Source of the DNA: Tubiluchus corallicola
Lineage: Eukaryota > Animalia > Priapulida
Reading direction: 5' to 3'
Length of the DNA: 11,751 nt
Assembly (NCBI GenBank): GCA_030141605.1
Contig: JAQGDQ010002172.1
Location: forward strand, 1 to 11,751
Shown: positions 7,505-11,751 of the stretch, one piece after another
Numbering within the stretch: position 1 is the stretch's first letter
Layout of the letters: each line of letters opens with the position of its first letter
Translations under genes and position numbers: made by a program
Notes under the pieces: model-generated
Database searches by the model: none
What the model was told of the DNA's origin: nothing
What the model saw: only the letters and a program-made list of their open reading frames with translations

Positions 7505-7603
7505 CATAAGAGCTATTTTGAATGGTGCAGTCCTGAAGTAGTTGACCAAATTGGGTTTTAATGTAAAAAAAACAATGAATGAGAGGACGCAAAAAATTAC
7601 GTG

Positions 7604-7670
7604 CTTCCTGGGAATTGAACCATGTTCGCTGTACTGTTTCGCTCCCCAAAAACTTGTGGAGCCACACGGC
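7604..7670 (-). mobile_element. Possible degenerate tRNA-derived SINE head
   Basis: Minus strand GCCGTGTGGCTC... followed ~35 nt later by B-box GGTTCAATTCC. Confidence 0.3.
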
Positions 7671-7782
7671 TTTTTGAACATCTTCAATTTATGAATGGAA
7701 ACTGACGACTTTTCTTAAACTCTTTTTTTAATCTCGTCGGTCTTGCTTCTGACAAATGTCTACGTTCGCTTACCTACATAAG

Positions 7783-8203
7783 AGTACATTCCTTTATGTG
7801 CAATCATTTGCTGTATAACTGTTTGTGGTGTGTTAACAATTTACAGTACATTCATTTATGTGCAATTATTTGCTGTATAACTGTTTGTGGTGTGTTAACA
7901 ATAACAGTACATTCATTTATGTGCAATTATTTGCTGTATAACTGTTTGTGGTGTGTTAACAATAACAGTACATTCATTTATGTGCAATTATTTGCTGTAT
8001 AACTGTTTGTGGTGTGTTAACAATAACAGTACATTCATTTATGTGCAATTATTTGCTGTATAACTGTTTGTGGTGTGTTAACAATAACAGTACATTCCTT
8101 TATGTGCAATTATTTGCTGTATAACTGTTTGTGCTGTGTTAACAATAACAGTACATTCATTTATGTGCATTTATTTGCTGTATAACTGTTTGTGGTGTGT
8201 TAC
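7783..8203. repeat. 61-bp minisatellite, ~7 copies
   Basis: AGTACATTCATTTATGTGCAATTATTTGCTGTATAACTGTTTGTGGTGTGTTAACAATAAC at 7783, 7845, 7906, 7967, 8028, 8089 and 8150. Confidence 0.96.
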
Positions 8204-8417
8204 CGACACTTGAAACGAACGCCGTGTAACTGCTTTCTAAAATTGAATTCTAAAATGGAAATAATTGCTGAAATTAGGCAGTATTTTTCACTATGTGCAG
8301 ATTATTATCTTGAAATAGTTTGTATGACTGCATTTTAGCATTCGTTGAAATGGCATGTCTTGTGAGTTACAAAACGTGTGGCGCGTTAACCGCGAGCAAA
8401 AAAGTGTAAAGGAAAAG

Positions 8418-9585
8418 ACTGTTATCACTTAAACTGTTTGTGGTGTGCTAAAGGAAAGGACAAATCACTCAGTGTGTTGGGTTTATTTTACTGTTATCAC
8501 TTAAACTGTTTGTGGTGTGCTAAAAGAAAGAACAAGTCACACAGTATGTTGGGTTTATTTTACTGTTATCATTTAAACTGTTTGTGGTGTGCTAAAGGAA
8601 AGGACAAATCACTCAGTATATTGGGTTTATTTTACTGTTATCACTTAAACTGTTTGTGGTGTGCTAAAGGAAAGAACAAGTCACTCAGTATGTTGGGTTG
8701 ATGTTACTGTTATCACTTAAACTGTTTATGGTGTGCTAAAGGAGTGAACAAGTCATTCAGCTTGTTGTGTTTATTTTACTGTTATCGCTTAAACTGTTTG
8801 TGCTGTGCTAAAGGAAAGAACAAGTCGCTCAGTATATTGGGTTTATTTTACTGTTATCGCTTAAACTGTTTGTGGTGTGCTAAAGGAAAGAACAAGTCAC
8901 TCAGTATGCTGAGTATATTTTACTGTTATCACTTAAACTGTTTGTGGTGTGCTAAAAAAAAGAACAAGTCACTCAGCATGTTGGGTTTATTTTACTGTTA
9001 TCGCTTAAACTGTTTGTGGTGTGCTAAAGGAAAGAACAAGTCACTCAGTATGTTGGGTTTATTTTACTGTTATCACGTAAACTGTTTGTGGTGTGCTAAA
9101 AAAAGAACAAGTCACTCAGTATATTGGGTTTATTTTACTGTTATCACTTAAACTGTTTGTGGTGTGCTAAAGGAGTGAACAAGTCATTCAACTTGTTGTG
9201 TTTATTTTACTGTTATCACTTAAACTGTTTGTGCTGTGCTAAAGGAAAGAACAAGTCGCTCAGTATATTGGGTTTATTTTACTGTTATCGCTTAAACTGT
9301 TTGTGGTGTGCTAAAGGAAAGAACAAGTCACTCAGTATGCTGAGTATATTTTACTGTTATCACTTAAACTGTTTGTGGTGTGCTAAAAAAAAGAACAAGT
9401 CACTCAGCATGTTGGGTTTATTTTACTGTTATCGCTTAAACTGTTTGTGGTGTGCTAAAGGAAAGAACAAGTCACTCAGTATGTTGGGTTTATTTTACTG
9501 TTATCACGTAAACTGTTTGTGGTGTGCTAAAAAAAGAACAAGTCACTCAGTATATTGGGTTTATTTTACTGTTATCACTTAAACT
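8418..9585. repeat. 72-bp minisatellite, ~16 copies, with a 6-unit (431-bp) higher-order duplication
   Basis: ACTGTTATCACTTAAACTGTTTGTGGTGTGCTAAAGGAAAGAACAAGTCACTCAGTATGTTGGGTTTATTTT. Variant GGAGTGAACAAGTCATTCA recurs at 8741 and 9172. Confidence 0.96.
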
Positions 9586-9931
9586 TAGAAAAATATTACA
9601 AAGAAATTTGCAAAGAACTGTCTATAAAGCATAAATTTAAAATAAACTACCTCTGAATAGAAATATTCAGGTGCAGTGGTACATTTTACAATCTCCAAGT
9701 TAGCCTATCGAGTAACTCAGCCTGGTGTACACTTGCATGATCGTACACACTAATTTATTGATCGCCTGCTTGCTACAGCCCAAGCTGTGCAGTGTTCTGC
9801 TGCTACTCCAGAAAAACCAACCGATCAGCCTAACACAAATTAAGGGTGCTAGATCTTTTAACAGGGATTTCTCCTTAAAAACGAGGAGACTTGAAGCCAA
9901 AGTTTATCAGAGTGTTGTGTCTGGATAGTTG

Positions 9932-10227
9932 AAATTTTCTGCATTAGCTGATTTCGCACAAGTGATACTGTACATTGTTACAGTGCAAACACTGCAGTTA
10001 CTGAAAGCCTTTTTTCAACTGGTTTTTGTCAAAAATCGATTTTTAATATATCTAAGGTGAGCAAATGCATTTCATATATAATATCACCTGAAAATCCATT
10101 GTATGAGGAGTAGAAATCTACAAAAATTATCAAATATAATTTAATCGCTGCTTAGTGAGAGCAGTTTTTCATGAACCCGTGCAAAATGTATCAAACGCTA
10201 GCGGTCCTTACGTTGGTACGGAGTTAA
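9932..10227 (-). mobile_element. DNA-transposon-like segment, right arm of long inverted repeat; ends GAG|TTAA
   Basis: Reverse complement matches 5988-6274 along its length with scattered substitutions and small indels. TTAA at 10224-10227. Confidence 0.7.
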
Positions 10228-10244
10228 AATGTTGAATAGTGGCG

Positions 10245-10768
10245 ATTGTGGTAAGTATGCTGACAGATCATCGTTTCCTTGGCAACCAATTGTGGTAAGT
10301 ATGGTGACAGATCATCGTTGCCTTGGCAACCAATTGTGGTAAGTATGGTGACAGATCATCGTTTCCTTGGCAACCAATTGATGTAAGTATGGTGACAGAT
10401 CGTCACTTCCTTGGCAACCAATTGTGGTAAGTATTCTGACAGATCATCACTTCATTGGCAACCAATTGTGATAAGTGTTCTGACCGATCATCGTTTCCTT
10501 GGCAACCAATTGTGGTAAGTATGGTGACAGATCATCACTTCCTTGGCAACCAATTGTGGTAAGTATTCTGACAGATCATCACTTCCTTGGCAACCAATTG
10601 TGATAAGTATTCTGACAGATCATCATTTCCATGGCAACCAATTGTGGTAAGTATTCTGACAGATCATCGTTTCCTTGGCAACCAATTGTGGTAAGTATGC
10701 TGACAGATCATCGTTTCCTTGGCAACCAATTGTGGTAAGTATGGTGACAGATCATCACTTCCTTGTCA
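10245..10768. repeat. 44-bp minisatellite, ~12 copies
   Basis: ATTGTGGTAAGTATGGTGACAGATCATCGTTTCCTTGGCAACCA at 10245 + 44n. Confidence 0.96.
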
Positions 10769-10805
10769 AGGAAATAAAGTCTCACTTTTCCACATTTTGT
10801 TCCAG

Positions 10806-11045
10806 AAACGAGCGACGATATCCTCGCCAAGTACCGGACAGCAAAGAAGGCCCCTCTGGCTCCTGTCGAGGGCCCGCTACAGCAGCAGGTCCTCCCCCTC
10901 AGCAACGCCGTGTGCGAGCAACACGAGGTGGCGACGTCGCCGTTCGACGATAGCCAGTCGTTATTCGTGGACACGAAGCGCAAGCTCAGACTTGTACTGA
11001 GCACCGTGGATTTTACGACGGCTTTGTGGGCTTCCCCTTTGTCGG
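10806..11045 (+). CDS. GAPVD1: Internal coding exon (240 nt, phase 1-1) of GAPVD1-like gene, region preceding the VPS9-associated helical domain
   Basis: Acceptor CATTTTGTTCCAG (AG 10804-10805). Encodes (E)TSDDILAKYRTAKK...FVDTKRKLRLVLSTVDFTTALWASPLS(G), matching human GAPVD1 motifs as recalled (AEDILDKYR, YRDAKKKLRLALCSAD). Donor CGG|GTGTGT at 11046; this end is less certain. Confidence 0.87.
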
Positions 11046-11101
11046 GTGTGTTTTATCTGAAGTGCGATCGAGCGGTCGTGCCTAGTTTTGTTCTGTTTGT
11101 T

Positions 11102-11384
11102 CATTACATCATTGGATCATTACATCATTGTATCATTAAATCATTGTATCATTACATCATTGTATCATTGTACCATTACATCATTGTATCATTACATCAT
11201 TGTATCATTCTACCATTACATCATTGTATCATTACATCATTGTATCATTGTACCATTACATCATTGTATCATTGTACCATTACATCATTGTATCATTGTA
11301 CCATTACATCATTGTATCATTGTACCATTACATCATTGTATCGTTGTACCATTACATCATTGTATCATTACATTGCATTACATC
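11102..11384. repeat. 8-bp-unit satellite (CATTACAT/CATTGTAT/CATTGTAC) with 24-bp higher-order unit
   Basis: CATTACATCATTGTATCATTGTAC repeated. Gives the spurious His/Ile/Cys ORFs. Confidence 0.95.
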
Positions 11385-11751
11385 AACGCCGGCATTTCAG
11401 AAACGTGTTGCACATAAAACAGGTGCTGTACCTCTCAGTTGAGATGTGTTAGTTCTGACAGTAGCACTGTACTTCTATTTTCGCTTTTGCAAACACGTGC
11501 AACACGCTCGTGGAATGTTTTTGCTGTTGAAAATCATGTTAGTTTGTGATGTCATCAAAAGTTGGGCTCGTTAATTAAGATTTTAATCTTATATTTAATT
11601 ATCAGAAACACTTTTGCGGTATTAATTGTATTAAAATGTATACTTTTTGTATACTTTTTTACGTTGTTTAAAAATGGGGAAGTATGTATTTATGTTAATA
11701 TATATAATAAAATAGAGTTATAATAATAATAATCTCTCTCATTCTCTCTCT

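Noticed and set aside
7356-7687. Poly-Tyr/Ile/Asn ORFs
   Set aside because: Translations of the (TAT)n SINE tail.
8438-9582. Cys-rich repeat proteins resembling zinc fingers (CYHLNCLWC)
   Set aside because: 72-bp satellite unit divisible by 3, interrupted by stops and frameshifts, with no splice signals or codon-position bias evident.
5992-10223. Autonomous transposon with transposase
   Set aside because: No long non-repetitive ORF or DDE-like peptide is visible between the inverted arms.
11046-11452. His/Cys/Ile-rich C-terminal extension of ORF 10910-11452 and overlapping ORFs
   Set aside because: Downstream of the probable donor at 11046. Produced by the 8/24-bp CATTGTAT satellite.

Overview
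Eukaryotic (most likely invertebrate animal) genomic DNA, not prokaryotic. The window holds an internal part of a + strand spliced gene that I identify as a GAPVD1 (GAPex-5/RME-6; RasGAP + VPS9 Rab5 GEF) orthologue. Five phase-compatible GT-AG exons (593-1492, 2372-2574, 3709-3799, 5849-5968, 10806-11045; 1554 nt, about 518 aa) encode the central linker up to the ETSDDILAKYR and FVDTKRKLRLVLS motifs that precede the VPS9 region. The AT-rich introns are packed with minisatellite arrays (units of 8, 13, 30, 34, 44, ~53, 61, ~65, 72, 84, 88 and ~156 bp), one tRNA-derived SINE, degenerate tRNA-like heads and DNA-transposon-like inverted repeats. Most ORFs in the supplied track are artefacts of these repeats. 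The main points of interest are: arrays that are multimers of the splice sites they abut; a ~290-bp TTAA-bounded inverted repeat bracketing most of one intron; an 81-bp GC-rich fragment encoding an aldehyde/P5C-dehydrogenase-like peptide attached to one arm of that repeat; a candidate micro-exon; an array of RFX X-box-like sites plus consensus donor sites; and an NPF/DPW/DPF motif cluster in the large exon. All identifications are by eye and from memory, without database searches.
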